A stretch of 64,000 bases of DNA from an uncultured Actinomycetes bacterium (GTDB lineage: Bacteria > Actinomycetota > Acidimicrobiia > IMCC26256 > DASPTH01), in NCBI GenBank assembly GCA_963756895.1, contig CAVWPI010000001.1, positions 50,664 through 114,663 of the forward strand, written 5' to 3'. Positions within the stretch are counted from its first letter, which is position 1; the number at the start of each line of letters is the position of its first letter. Below the pieces are notes generated by a model. It did no database searches. It saw nothing but the letters and a program-made list of their open reading frames with translations, and was not told the DNA's origin. Of the stretch, positions 29,884 through 41,200 are shown piece by piece. Position numbers and translations under genes: made by a program.

Positions 29884-30999
29884 ATGTCCCGCGCCATCGC
29901 TCCGCGCACCGCCGCGCCCGGCGGACTGCCCCTCGCCGGGGTGACGGTGGCCCACGTCGGGCACTTCGACCCCGGGTACGCGCGCAACCGCATCATGGCG
30001 AAGGCGCTGACACGCGCGGGCGCGACGGTCGTGACGGTGGCCGACCGGCGGGCGTTCGTCCACCGCACCCCGCGTCTGCTCCGCGAGCTCGCTCACACCT
30101 CTGCCGACGTCGTCCTGGTCGGCTTCCCCGGGCACTCGGAGGTCGCCCTCGCGCGCGCGATCGGAACGCGCGCCCGCGTCCCCGTGCTCTTCGACGCCTT
30201 CGTCTCGCGCTACGAAACAGGAGAGGATCGCGGGACCGCGCCGCCCGGCAGCGTGCGCGCGGTCTCCAACCTGCTCGAGGACCGGTTGGTCTGCGCGCTC
30301 GCCAGCCGGGTCGTGTGCGACACCGACGCGCACGCCGACTACTTCGCGAGCCGGGTCGGGGTCCCGCGCCGCAAGCTGCGACGCGTCTGGGTGGGCTCCG
30401 ACGACGACGTCATGCGTCCCGCTCCCTTCCGCGAGGCCACCCCGTTCCGCGTCTTCGTCTACGCGAGCTTCATCCCGCTGCACGGGCTGGAGCACGTCGT
30501 GCGGGCGGCGCACCTCCTGGACCGCGCCGGCGAGGAACTGCGGATCGACGTCGTCGGGAGCGGCGCGACCGAGGATGCGATCCGAGCGCTCGCGTCCGAC
30601 CTTCGGGTTCGCAACCTCCACTTCCTGGGTCGCAGGGCGTATCACGAGCTTCCCGGCGAGATGGCGGCGAGCGATGTGTGCCTCGGCATCTTCGGTACGT
30701 CGCCCAAGGCGGCACGGGTCATCCCCAACAAGGTGTTCGACGCCCTGGCGGTGGCGCGTGCCGTCGTCACCGCCGACACCCCGGCCGCGCGCGAGGTGCT
30801 GACCCACGCGGAGAACGCCTGGCTGTGCCGGCCGGGAGACGCCGACGACCTGGTGGCGGCGCTCCTCGCCCTCCGCGACGATCCCGCGGCGCGCCGACAG
30901 ATCGCTCGGCGGGGCCACGAGACCTTCGTCGAGCAGTTTTCGATCGACGCGCTCTCGCGCACCCTCTCCACGATCGTGCTCGAGGCGCTCGACCGGTAG
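29884..30999 (+). CDS. glycosyltransferase (GT-B, GT4-like)
   Basis: ATG at 29884. Rossmann-like N-half; the C-half has FVYASFIPLHGLEHVVRAA...LRIDVVGSG...VIPNKVFDALAVARAVVTADTPAAREVL. Confidence 0.75.
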   Translation: MSRAIAPRTAAPGGLPLAGVTVAHVGHFDPGYARNRIMAKALTRAGATVVTVADRRAFVHRTPRLLRELAHTSADVVLVGFPGHSEVALARAIGTRARVPVLFDAFVSRYETGEDRGTAPPGSVRAVSNLLEDRLVCALASRVVCDTDAHADYFASRVGVPRRKLRRVWVGSDDDVMRPAPFREATPFRVFVYASFIPLHGLEHVVRAAHLLDRAGEELRIDVVGSGATEDAIRALASDLRVRNLHFLGRRAYHELPGEMAASDVCLGIFGTSPKAARVIPNKVFDALAVARAVVTADTPAAREVLTHAENAWLCRPGDADDLVAALLALRDDPAARRQIARRGHETFVEQFSIDALSRTLSTIVLEALDR

Positions 31000-31008
31000 C
31001 GTCTGCCC

Positions 31009-31869
31009 ATGGCCGTACCCTCGGGTGTCACCGACGACGGGCTGGTGCTGCACGACGGGATCTGGTCCGCTCCCGATGCGCGACCGCAGGACCGCTGGAG
31101 CGCCGACGCCGCGGTCGACCCCATCCACGCCGCGCTCGCCACCAGCGGCGTGGACGCCGAGCGCACGAAGTCGCGCCGGAACGTCGAGTTCCTGCTCGAG
31201 CACGTGCTCGACGGCAGTCTCCTCGATCTCGGATGCGGATACGGGCGGGTGGCGAAGTACCTGCTGCCGGTCCGGACCTTCGACCGCTATGTGGGCCTCG
31301 ACGGCTCGCTGACGATGCTGCGGCTGTTCCACGACCGGTACGCGGCGAGCGAGCTCGAGCAGCGCACCCCGCTGGTGCTGCTCCACGGATCCATCGACGA
31401 CGTGAAGCTGGCGGACGGGTCGGTGGACACGGTTGTCGTCGCGGCAGTCCTGCTCCACAACCCCAAGCGCGTCACGCGCGCGGTCGTGCGCGAGGCGCAC
31501 CGGGTGCTCCGGCCCGGCGGTCGCCTGCTGGTGTTCAACGACCTGCCGAACGCGAGCACGCCCGCCGCGCTGGCGAATCGCGTCTACGTGTTCGGGCTCG
31601 ACCTGCTGGGCCACGGCGATCGGAACGGGCCGGTGCGAACCTGGTCGCGCCACGAGGTCGAAGAGCTCTTCGCCGGCTTCGCCGACGTGCGGATCGAGTG
31701 CCGCGGGCTCGCAGTGCTCCCGAAACGCATCCCCGGCGCGCCCGCGCGCCTCGATCGCGCGTACCGCAACCGAGTGCACGATCCGGTCAAGCGCTCGGCG
31801 CAGCGTCGGCTGCCGAAGGCGTGGCTCGACCGCTGGTACTTCAACGTGCGCGTCAGGGCGACGCGCTGA
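31009..31869 (+). CDS. class I SAM-dependent methyltransferase
   Basis: Motif I LLDLGCGYGRVAKYL, followed by VDTVVVAAVLLHN and LRPGGRLLVFND. Confidence 0.8.
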   Translation: MAVPSGVTDDGLVLHDGIWSAPDARPQDRWSADAAVDPIHAALATSGVDAERTKSRRNVEFLLEHVLDGSLLDLGCGYGRVAKYLLPVRTFDRYVGLDGSLTMLRLFHDRYAASELEQRTPLVLLHGSIDDVKLADGSVDTVVVAAVLLHNPKRVTRAVVREAHRVLRPGGRLLVFNDLPNASTPAALANRVYVFGLDLLGHGDRNGPVRTWSRHEVEELFAGFADVRIECRGLAVLPKRIPGAPARLDRAYRNRVHDPVKRSAQRRLPKAWLDRWYFNVRVRATR

Positions 31870-33351
31870 GCTCTTCCTGCGGCGCCGAATCCCGCATGAC
31901 GGCGGGTGCTGCCGCGAAGAGCCCGAGGAACGTGGCGATGAGCACCGTCTCCGGTTGGGCGCCGAAGAGCGGGTTGTCGTTCAGCCACAGCAGGATGACC
32001 ACGACCATGACGAGCGTGGCGCGGCATGCAGAGGTAGAGCATCCGGTTCCTGCTCACCGTCCGCATCACGCGCGTGACCCCGATGGCGAGGCAGACGAAC
32101 GCGGCGAGGAACGCCAGGAATCCCACCAGGCCGGTTTCGGCCAGCATCTGCACGTAGCTGTTGTGCGAGCTGACGCCGGTAGGGCCGAGGGGGAAGAAGT
32201 CGGGGTTCACGTCGCTGCCCCATTCGCTGCGCAGCTCGTCGTGCAAGCTCTCCGAGCCGATGTGGTCCGGCGTGTTGTGCCAACCGACCCCGGTGATCGG
32301 TTCCTGCGCGAAGAGGTGCAGGCCGGCGTCGGCGAGCACGAGGCGGTGGACGGTGGTGCTGTCGCCGAAGCCGTCCGCGCCCGGGAGGTTCGTCGGACGG
32401 AGGAACCCCGCCACGATGAGGCCGACCGCCAGCATGATCAGGATTCGGGACGGGGTCAGCAGGCCGGACTTCCCCTTGTCCCGGCCGCGGTACACCCTGC
32501 GCACGCCGTAGACGCCGAGGACGATCACCGCCGCGGCAGTGGAGGCGAGCGACCGGGTCATCAACAGCCCGACCGAGCCGACGATCACCATGACCCAGCG
32601 CAGGCCACGGTGGCGCGGCACCGGTCCGTGCAGTGCGAGGACGAGGATCAGCACTGCGAGCATGCCGGTGGAGTTCGGGGTGTTGGCGCCGCTGAGTCGC
32701 CCGTCGAGCTTGCCCTGCCCGATGTTGATCGCCGCCGACACTCCCACCTGAACGGTCGTGGCGAGCCCCAGCACACCGAGGGTGAAGTTGACGTCCTTGA
32801 CCGTGCGGATCGCGTACGGAACCAGCCACACGAGGCTGAAGGTCGCAGCCAGGCGGAGCCAGGAGACGACCGCCTCCTGGGTCCCGGTCCCCTCCACCAA
32901 CAGGGGGTACAGGGAGAACCCGGTCAGGAGCAGCCAGAGCGCGAGCATCCGCCGCCCGACCAGGTAGCCGCGCTGTCCGTCGCGCGCCCGAAGGACGAAC
33001 ACCCACAACGCGAGCAGGACGTAGAAGAAGTCGGTCACGCGCAGGTCGAGTCCACCGGCCGAGATGGAGGAGTTGCTGAGCCCGAAGACGACCGAGACGA
33101 TGATCGCGGCCAGGCTCCACGTCGGGCCCTTCGAGCGCGAAGTACGCCAGGACGAGGAACGCGGGTGCAGCTGCGAGCCAATACGCGGAGGACGACGGCG
33201 GGATGACGAGCAGCCCCCCGATCGCGACCAGCCCCGTCGCCAGCACCAGGAACGCGACCACGCTGCCGCCGGTGCGAAGCCCATCAACGGCAGATGCGGT
33301 GGTCGGCCGCGCCGATGCCTCCGGCCACGTGGTCGACGGTTGGTCAGACAT
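31853..33351 (-). CDS. O-antigen ligase/polymerase-like (Wzy_C) membrane protein, copy 2, two frame breaks
   Basis: N-terminus MSDQPSTTW...FLVLAYFALEGP lies in the frame of ORF 31981..33624 (ATG 33351). The body lies in ORF 31584..33356 (TWSLAAIIVSVVFGLSN...SHNSYVQMLAETGLVGFLAFL). The tail after ~32015 is in a third frame (ATLVMVVVILLWLNDNPLFGAQPETVLIATFLGLFAAAP), with the stop at 31853. It is colinear with copy 1 (625..2025). Confidence 0.7.
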
Positions 33352-33558
33352 CGCACAGCGCCATGACCCCGATGAGGTTATCGGGACCTGCGCTCGACCA
33401 CGATGCCGGCCGCTGCGCGCGCGCACAGTAGCTGCGTGGACGCCGAACGTGGTCTTCGACGGGTATTGTCGTCGCAGAGCACTCGACGAGCCCCATCGGG
33501 TCTGCACCGTGGTCGAGCGCCTGTCCGATCGCGGCCCGACTGCATTACGATCCTGCGG

Positions 33559-35166
33559 ATGTTCGAGGCGCCCGCGACGGCACCGATGGAGTTCGGCGAC
33601 TACCTCGGCATCCTGCGGCGGCACGCGTGGGTCGTGGTCGTGGTCACCGTGCTGGCGGTCGGGATCTCGTACGCGTGGTACTCGACCAAGGACAAGACCT
33701 ACACCGCGAGGGGAGAGGTCGTCGTCCGGCAGGGGACGGGCGAGGTCGACGTCGTCACCCAGGCGAAGATCATGGAGAGCGCGGTCGTCTACCAGCTGGC
33801 GCAGAAGGAGGTGCCGAACGCGGTCGGCGTCTCCGCCTCGCAGAGCGGCGACAGCGGCAGCATCGAGATCACCGCCGACAGCTCCGACCCGAAGGTCGCG
33901 GCCGCGAGCGTCAACGCGCAGATGACCGCCTACGTCGATTTCCTCAAGCAGAAGGCCGACGACGGGTATGCCGCGTTGTCCGCACGACTCCAGCCCGAGA
34001 TCGACTCGCTCTCGCAGCGCATCGATGCACTCGATGCACTCATACAGGCCGGCGACAGGTCGCCGAGGACCGAGAACGAACGAACGTTGCTGGCAAACCA
34101 GTTGAGTTCGCTCCAGGACAACCTCACGACGCGCCAGCTCGACCTGCCGAACGCCGGCACGAACGTCCAGGTGCTCCAGAAAGCGTCGCCACCCGCGTCA
34201 CCGTCGTCGATGAGTCTGCGAGAGGCCCTGCTCATCGGACTCGGTGCCGGGCTCCTGTTCGGTGTCCTCGCCGCGTTCCTCCTCGAGTTCCTCGACGACT
34301 CGATCCGGACCCGGCAGGACCTGCTCAGCGTCGCCGGTGGTGCCCTGCCGGTGCTCGGCGTGATCCCCGTGTCCCGGTCCTCGGGCGCGGAGGTCGTGTC
34401 GCTGGCCGACCCGTATACGCCCGCGGCCGAGGCGTACCGATCGTTGCGCACCGCGGTCCACTTCGCCGCCTCCGACCGCAAGCAGTGTGTCGCGATCACC
34501 ACCGCCCGGTCGCGCCAGGGCAAGACCGAGACCCTCGTCAACCTCGCGGTGCTCGCGGCCCAGACGGGCCAGCGGGTCGTGGTGGTCGACTGCGACATGC
34601 GGTCGCCGCGGGTGCACGACTTCTTCGGGGTGCCGAACGACACCGGGTTCACGTCCGTGGTGTACGGGGCGCCGCTGTCCGAGACGCTCAAGCGCGTGCC
34701 GGGCAGCGAGAACCTCTACGTGCTCCCCACCGGGCCGATCCCGGGGAACCCGGCTGCGCTGCTGGCCTCGCAGCGGTGCTACGAGGTGCTGGCCAGCCTG
34801 CAGGCCGATGACACGCTGGTGCTCATCGACACGCCGCCGGTGCTGCTCGCCACCGACGCCGCCCAGCTGGCCCCGGCGGTCGGCGGGATGCTGCTCGTGG
34901 CGAGCGCGCGGGTCAGCCGCCGGAAGCAGCTCCGCCGTGCGCTCGAGGAGCTCCGTCAGGTCGACGCGCCGGTGCTCGGCTCGGTGCTCTACCGCGCCGA
35001 CAGCGCGGAGACCGGCGGGTTCGGTGAGGAAGCGAGCCGTCGCGATCGCCGGCAGGCGCGTCGCCGACAGGCCGGTCTGGCCTCCAGTGCGCCGGTGCTG
35101 GTACCGCCCGCCCGACCGGACGCGATCGAGCCGCCACCGGCGACTTCCCAGGACGAGACCGGCTGA
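33559..35166 (+). CDS. polysaccharide co-polymerase (Wzz-like) fused to BY-kinase-type P-loop ATPase, copy 2 (intact)
   Basis: ORF 33403..35166; ATG at 33559 (MFEAPATAPMEFGDYLGILRRHAW). Walker A TTARSRQGKTET, Walker A' VVVVDCDMRSP and Walker B LVLIDTPP. Confidence 0.85.
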   Translation: MFEAPATAPMEFGDYLGILRRHAWVVVVVTVLAVGISYAWYSTKDKTYTARGEVVVRQGTGEVDVVTQAKIMESAVVYQLAQKEVPNAVGVSASQSGDSGSIEITADSSDPKVAAASVNAQMTAYVDFLKQKADDGYAALSARLQPEIDSLSQRIDALDALIQAGDRSPRTENERTLLANQLSSLQDNLTTRQLDLPNAGTNVQVLQKASPPASPSSMSLREALLIGLGAGLLFGVLAAFLLEFLDDSIRTRQDLLSVAGGALPVLGVIPVSRSSGAEVVSLADPYTPAAEAYRSLRTAVHFAASDRKQCVAITTARSRQGKTETLVNLAVLAAQTGQRVVVVDCDMRSPRVHDFFGVPNDTGFTSVVYGAPLSETLKRVPGSENLYVLPTGPIPGNPAALLASQRCYEVLASLQADDTLVLIDTPPVLLATDAAQLAPAVGGMLLVASARVSRRKQLRRALEELRQVDAPVLGSVLYRADSAETGGFGEEASRRDRRQARRRQAGLASSAPVLVPPARPDAIEPPPATSQDETG

Positions 35167-35210
35167 CCGGTTCGAACTGGGCGGGCCGCTGCCTGCCTCT
35201 CGCCTCGGGC

Positions 35211-36068
35211 ATGCCTAAGGTGCCCGCCGTGCCCCTCGCAGCGAAGACCCGTACCCGCATGGTGCGGGTGCTGTGGGCCGTCGGAGTGGTGCTCTCGCTC
35301 GCGCTGATGGTCGTCGTCGTCGTTCGCGCGGTGAGCGGGCTCGACGTCGACTCTCTCGATGTCGGGTGGCTCGCGGTCTCGATGGTCCTGTTCGCATTCT
35401 CCTGGACCCTGTTCGCCGCCGCGTGGGTGGCGCTGAACGCGCACGACGACCCGGTTGCCCACATGGCGCGCTGGGTGCACAGCCAGTTGCTGCGGTACCT
35501 CCCGGGCGCGATCTGGGCTCCGATGGCGCGCGCCTCGTCGGTGCCGGGCGAGAGGAGCCGACGGCTGGCGACGCTCGGCGTCGAGGCGCTGATCTTCCTG
35601 TCGTCGGCGGCTGCCGTCGGCGGGCTGCTCGGCGGGCTGTCGGTCGACCCCCTCCTGTTCCTCGCGTGCCTGGCGCCTCTCGTGTCACTCGTCGTCGTGC
35701 GCTTCGGCGCGGCTCGCTTCGACATCTCGGTCCGCCGAGCGGCGACCTCGATGGGCTGGCTGCTGCCTGGCTGGCTGCTCTACGGCTTGGGGTCCGCGGC
35801 AGGCCAGCTCGCAGTCGGGAAAGGGCCGTCTGTCGGCGCGGTCGGCGCGGCGTCCTTGCTCGCGTGGTCGGCGGGTTTCGTCGCGGTGTTCGCGCCGGGT
35901 GGCGCCGGCGTGCGCGAGGTGGTCTACGGCGCCGTGCTCTCCGGAACGGCCCCGTCGGCGACCATCGCCGGGGGAGCGGTGGCTTCACGCCTCACGTTCA
36001 CGATCGGCGAACTGGCGGTCGCAGGTGTCCTGGCCTGGTGGGTACGGCCCCGACGCTCATCGACGTGA
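35211..36068 (+). CDS. UPF0104 / LPG_synthase_TM-type (flippase-like) membrane protein
   Basis: Six to eight hydrophobic helices. RYLPGAIW and FAPGGAGVREV blocks are typical of the family. Confidence 0.7.
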   Translation: MPKVPAVPLAAKTRTRMVRVLWAVGVVLSLALMVVVVVRAVSGLDVDSLDVGWLAVSMVLFAFSWTLFAAAWVALNAHDDPVAHMARWVHSQLLRYLPGAIWAPMARASSVPGERSRRLATLGVEALIFLSSAAAVGGLLGGLSVDPLLFLACLAPLVSLVVVRFGAARFDISVRRAATSMGWLLPGWLLYGLGSAAGQLAVGKGPSVGAVGAASLLAWSAGFVAVFAPGGAGVREVVYGAVLSGTAPSATIAGGAVASRLTFTIGELAVAGVLAWWVRPRRSST

Positions 36069-36704
36069 GCGGCGGCACACTCCGACGAGCCACGGAAAGC
36101 ACCTGCGTACGTCAGCCTCGTCGAAGGCCGTGCCGAGCAGGCGCCGGAACCCGGCTGGACCGAACTGCTGCACGTGCTCGGGGTCGTTGCCGAAGCGCCT
36201 GATGTTCTTGCCGCGCGCCAGGTTGCCGAGACGGAACCACGGTTCCCACGGCACCGAGACCACGCAGGTACCGCGGGTCACGCGAGCCAGCTCGGTGAGT
36301 GCGGGCTCGACCTGCACGAGATGCTCCAGGACCTCCGTGCACAGCACGAGATCGACGCTTGCGTCCGGGAGCGGCAGCATGCCTGCATCGGCGCGCACGG
36401 GAGAGAGGCTCGTCACCCGGGCCCCCGCCGCCACGAGCTTGTCCAAGCGGTACTCGACGCCGATCTGCAGGGGCGCGTCGAGGCCGAGCCGCTCGAAGGC
36501 GAAGCCCTCGCCGATGCCGACGTCCAGCACCACTTCACCGCCTGGGTCCGCCGCGCGACGCAGGCAGCGCATCCAGTGCTCGAGCAGTCGGACGACGATC
36601 GGGTTGGTCGAGCCGTACTTCTTGGCGTCCTGACCGGCGGCGGACACGCTCGCGCCGGGTGCGAGGCCAAGCGGGTGCGCAGACTCGCGTGGACCGCTGG
36701 GCAC
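36057..36704 (-). CDS. class I SAM-dependent methyltransferase
   Basis: Motif I VVLDVGIGEGF, followed by ASVDLVLCTEVLEHL and TRGTCVVSVP. GTG start at 36704. Confidence 0.8.
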   Translation of the reverse strand: MPSGPRESAHPLGLAPGASVSAAGQDAKKYGSTNPIVVRLLEHWMRCLRRAADPGGEVVLDVGIGEGFAFERLGLDAPLQIGVEYRLDKLVAAGARVTSLSPVRADAGMLPLPDASVDLVLCTEVLEHLVQVEPALTELARVTRGTCVVSVPWEPWFRLGNLARGKNIRRFGNDPEHVQQFGPAGFRRLLGTAFDEADVRRCFPWLVGVCRRSRR

Positions 36705-36786
36705 CGACCGGATGGTAGCCCTCGCCGACTTCCCCGAGTCCTCGATGCGTCTCGGTGTCCCCAGGCCGAGAGCGGCGTGGCCTGCG

Positions 36787-38115
36787 TCAGGCCGGTCGCG
36801 CCGCCGCCGGTCCCGCCGCGAGGATTGCCCGCAGCTGGGCCACGACGTCGGGTCGCGCGGCAGCGATGTTCGTGTTCTCGTGGGGGTCTTCCGCCAGGTC
36901 GAACAGCCTGGTGGTTCCCTGCCCGTAGTTCAGGATGAGGTTGTACTGCTCGGTCTTGACGCTCCGTTCGCCGACTCCCCAGATGCTGAACGCCGCCTTC
37001 TTCCACGGTCGCCCCGGATCCTCGAAGAGTGGGGCGAACGACACGCCGTCCAGCGCCTGTCGAGGGCGGGGGAGGTCGCACAGCTCGTCGAGGGTCGGGT
37101 ACATGTCGACGGCTTCGACCAGACCGCCGGCTCGACTCCCAGCGGAGCCCGCACCCGGCACGCTCATCACCAGGGGTATTCGGGTCGCCGAGTCGTAGTT
37201 GGTCCACTTGCCCCACTGGCCGTTGTCACCGAGCGAGAAGCCGTGGTCACCGGACCAGAAGATCACGATCGTGTCGTCGAGCATCCCCAGGTGCTGCGCG
37301 GTGTCGAGGATCTCGCCGAACATCGTGTCGACGTCGGTCACCGACGCGAGGTACCGGCGCACGACGTCGGCCACCTGCGCGTCCGACAGCGGGTACTTGG
37401 TGCGCCCGGTCGCGCCGGGCATCGTCTGTGGCGTGCACTCGTGGATGAAGTCGCCGAACATGCCGTGGCCCGGCCCCGCCTCCTGCAGGACGTCGACACC
37501 GTCGTAGCGCGCCAGCGACTTGCGCGTCGGTGACCACGGGCAGTGCGGCGCCGTGAAGCCGATGGCGAGGAAGTACGGCGCCTGCTCGTCGGCCGCCGAC
37601 ACCTGGCGCATGAGCTTCCGGGCGGCGACGGTGTCGTGGATGCCCCACTCCTCCGGTTGTTCGATCCAGGCGTCGTCGAGGGCGCCGTTGCGCGGGTCGT
37701 TGATCTTGCCGATCGCGTACGTGCGGTACCCGTTGTCGCGGAAGTGACGTCCGAGACTCACGGCGTCGGGTGCGTGCTTCCGCCACTGCTCGGTGTCGCC
37801 GAGGACCTTGGTCGTCTCGGGCCGGAGGCCGGTCAGGATGCTCGTCCGCGACGCGCCGCAGATCGCGATCTGGCAGTAGCAGCGTTCGAACAAGAGTGCG
37901 TCGCGCGCGAACGCGTCGACTCGGGGCGTCGACACCAGCGGGTGCCCGTACGCACCGAGACGGGTCCCGAGGTCGTCGGCGGTGACGTACAACACGTTCG
38001 GGCCGCGACGCTTCGAGCGTCGGGTCGCGGCGCCGGCAACCGGGAGATCGGCGCCGACCACACCGAGCGCCGACGCACCGGCCACCATCCCGGCGAGGAA
38101 GGTCCGTCTCGACAT
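36787..38115 (-). CDS. Tat-exported sulfatase (formylglycine type)
   Basis: C-terminal 442 aa of ORF 36787..38592; ATG at 38115. Tat motif MSRRTFLAG. VLYVTADDLG. FGly motif CGASRTSILTG (C-x-A-x-R). DHGFSLG. Confidence 0.85.
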   Translation of the reverse strand: MSRRTFLAGMVAGASALGVVGADLPVAGAATRRSKRRGPNVLYVTADDLGTRLGAYGHPLVSTPRVDAFARDALLFERCYCQIAICGASRTSILTGLRPETTKVLGDTEQWRKHAPDAVSLGRHFRDNGYRTYAIGKINDPRNGALDDAWIEQPEEWGIHDTVAARKLMRQVSAADEQAPYFLAIGFTAPHCPWSPTRKSLARYDGVDVLQEAGPGHGMFGDFIHECTPQTMPGATGRTKYPLSDAQVADVVRRYLASVTDVDTMFGEILDTAQHLGMLDDTIVIFWSGDHGFSLGDNGQWGKWTNYDSATRIPLVMSVPGAGSAGSRAGGLVEAVDMYPTLDELCDLPRPRQALDGVSFAPLFEDPGRPWKKAAFSIWGVGERSVKTEQYNLILNYGQGTTRLFDLAEDPHENTNIAAARPDVVAQLRAILAAGPAAARPA

Positions 38116-38236
38116 CGACGCCGACCGCCGCTGCCCGTTGCGCACGCCACAGTGTACGGTCGGCCCCCAACGATGTGACCGCGCCCTCGGCGCGCAACCA
38201 GCCACCACGGCGAGCCGTTTCGAGGAGCCGGACCGC

Positions 38237-41200
38237 ATGTTCCCGTTCTGGGATGTCGCGATTGCCCCTGTGTTGCGGGCGATGGAAGCCAAGCGGATCG
38301 TCGAGATCGGTGCGCTCCGGGGCGAGACGACCGTGCGCATGCTCGACGAGCTCGGTCCCGAGGCCGAGCTCCACGTCATCGACCCGGTGCCGGAATTCGA
38401 CCCGAGTGAGCACGAGCGGGCGTTTCCGGGCCGGTACGTCTTCCACCGCGCCGCCAGCCTCGAGGTGCTCGGGGAGCTCCCGGTGATGGACGCGGCGCTG
38501 ATCGACGGCGACCACAACTGGTACACGGTCCGCAACGAGCTCCAGCTCCTCGCCGACGTGGCGCGCAAGGAGGACGCCCCGCTCCCGGTCATGATCCTGC
38601 ACGACGTCGGCTGGCCGTACGGCCGGCGCGATCTCTACTACGCACCGGAGCGCATTCCCGAAGAGCACCGTCAGCCGTACGCGCAGCAGGGGCTGCGGCC
38701 CGGCAGGCGCAAGCTGATGCGCACCGGCGGCATGAACTGGACGATGTACAACGCCGAGATCGAGGGGGGCGAGCACAACGGCGTGATGACCGCCGTCGAC
38801 GAGTTCGTCGCCGACCTCGGCCGCCCGGTCCGGACCGTCGTCCTGCCCGTCTACTTCGGCCTCGCCATCGTCGTCGAGGAGGAGCGCCTGGCGCGCACCC
38901 CCGCGCTGGCGGCCGCCCTCGACCACCTGGAGAGCGCCGAGGGTCGCCTCGCCCTGATGAAGATGACCGAGGACACGCGCATCCAGGCGATGGTGTTCCA
39001 GCACAACTACATGTACCAGCGCACCCAGGTGCTCGATCGCCTGCAACGCCGGTACCTGCGCGTCGTGAAGGCCGCGCTCCTCGACGAGCACTACCTCGAG
39101 AACGAGATCCGGCTGAAGTACCTCACCGACCGGCTCGCAGTCGATCGGGTGGTGAACGTGAACCACCTGCGTGATCCGGCGCGCGTCGATCGCAATGCAT
39201 ATTCGCAGCTCGAACGGCAGCGAACGGGCGCGGCCGGTCCCGACGACGACGGGGCGGCTTCGTTCCTGCCGTACACGGCAATGGGGCGAGGGCGCCTCGA
39301 ACACCTCGAGGCGTGCCTCGACGCGGTGCGGGTCGAGGGCATCGAGGGCGATCTGGTCGAGTGCGGCACCGGGCGCGGTGGCGGTGCCATCTTCATGCGG
39401 GCCTACCTCGATGCGTACGAGCTCGCCGGGCCGGAGGTGTGGGTCGCGGACCGCTTCCGCGCCACCCCCGCGCCCGCGACCAGCGTCGAGCTGCCCGAAG
39501 TGGGTGTCGCCGGCTTCCGCGCCGATCTCAACCTGGTCCGGGACGGCTTCGCCCGCTTCGACGTCCTCGACGACCGGGTGCGGTTCCTGGCGGGTCCGCC
39601 GGCGGCGACGCTCGCCGACGCGCCGATCGAGCGTCTCGCTCTCCTGCGGATCGGTCGCGCCGCGGAGGCCGACGTCAGCGCGGTGCTCGAAGCGCTCTAC
39701 GACCGACTCACCGACGGTGCCTTCGTCGTGGTGGAGGCGAACGCAGCATCGGACACGCTGGCATTGGTCGACGCGTTCCGTGCCGCACGCGGCATCACCG
39801 CTCCGCTCCAGACCGTCGACGGCGCCAACGTCGTGTGGCGCAGGGACGCCTCGGAGACGGCCGCACGCGCCGGTGCCGACCTGGAGCGCACTGCACTCGC
39901 AGGCGGGCCGCCCCTCGCGCCCCGGCACCGACCGACGCCGTCGATCTCACCGTCGTGGTGGTGTTCTACAACATGAGTCGGGAGGCGCAACGCACGCTCC
40001 GTTCGCTGTCACGGACGTACCAGGAGGGACTCGACGACGTCAGCTACGAGGTCCTCGTGCTCGAGAACGGCTCGCGCGACGACGAGAAGCTCGGCGCCGC
40101 GTTCGTGGAGAGCTTCGGCCCCGAGTTCCGGTACCTTGACCTCGGGGACGAGGCCACGCCGTCACCGGTCGGCGCGCTCAACCGGGGCATCCGCGAGTCG
40201 CGCGGCACCGACCTCGCACTGATGATCGACGGCGCGCACGTGCTGACGCCCGGCGTGCTGCGGTTCGGCCTCGCCGGCCTGCGCACGTTCGAGCCCGCGA
40301 TCGTCGCCACCCAGCAGTGGTACGTCGGTCCCGGCCAACAGGGCGAGGACCTCGAGACCGGGTACGACCGGGCGTACGAGGACCGGCTCTTCGACACCAT
40401 CGAGTGGCCCCACGACGGGTACCGGCTCTTCGAGATCAGCCACTTCATCGGCGACCGCGACTGGTTCGACGGCCTCTGGGAGTCCAACTGCATGTTCGTG
40501 CCGCGCTCGGTCCTCGAGCAGGTCGGCGGGTTCGACGAGAGGTTCTCGATGGCCGGTGGCGGCTACGCCAACCTCGAGCTCTACGAGCGGCTCGGTTCGG
40601 CGCCGGGCGTCACCGTCACGACCATCATCGGCGAGGGTTCGTTCCATCAGCTCCACGGCGGCACGACCACGAACCAGGCCGACCCGGTGGAGCGCCGGGC
40701 CCGGGTGTTCGGCTACAGCCGTCACTACGCGGAGCAGCGCGGCCGACCCTTCGCCGGTCCGGGCAAGCCGCTGCACTACGTGGGCCGGATGCCGTCGCCG
40801 TCCGTGCGGCGCACCAAGTCACGTCGGCGCACCGCGCCCTTGTTCCCGGCGCCGCTGGTGGACGGTGACGGCCCGCCCGAGCAGGCGCTCCCGGTGCCCG
40901 ACGACCTCGAGACCGCGTTCCTCGAGGCGGTGTGGCAGAACATGCCCTGGACCCGCACGACCTGGCTGGGCCGGGCGATCGCCAGTGCGCCCACCGACCT
41001 GCTCGCGTACCAGGAGGTCATTGCCTCGGTCCGGCCCGACTGGATCGTGGAGACCGGGACGGGCGACGGTGCCCGCACCCTCTTCCTGGCCTCGATCTGC
41101 GAGCTCGTCGGACACGGCGAGGTGCTCTCGATCGACGAGACGCTCGCCGAGGACCTCCCTCGCCACCCGCGGATCCGCTACCTCAAGGCCGTCGCCCACA

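Noticed and set aside
29487-33206. Very long ORFs in the track, such as 29487..33206 (+, 1239 aa), 41671..44853 (-, 1060 aa), 40932..43940 (+, 1002 aa), 37247..39928 (-, 893 aa), 15575..17698 (+, 707 aa) and 2098..3843 (+, 581 aa).
   Set aside because: Their translations are low-complexity Arg/Pro/Gly/Ala-rich strings with no motifs. They lie antisense or out of frame to genes with clear family signatures. They are the expected stop-poor shadow ORFs of ~70% GC DNA.
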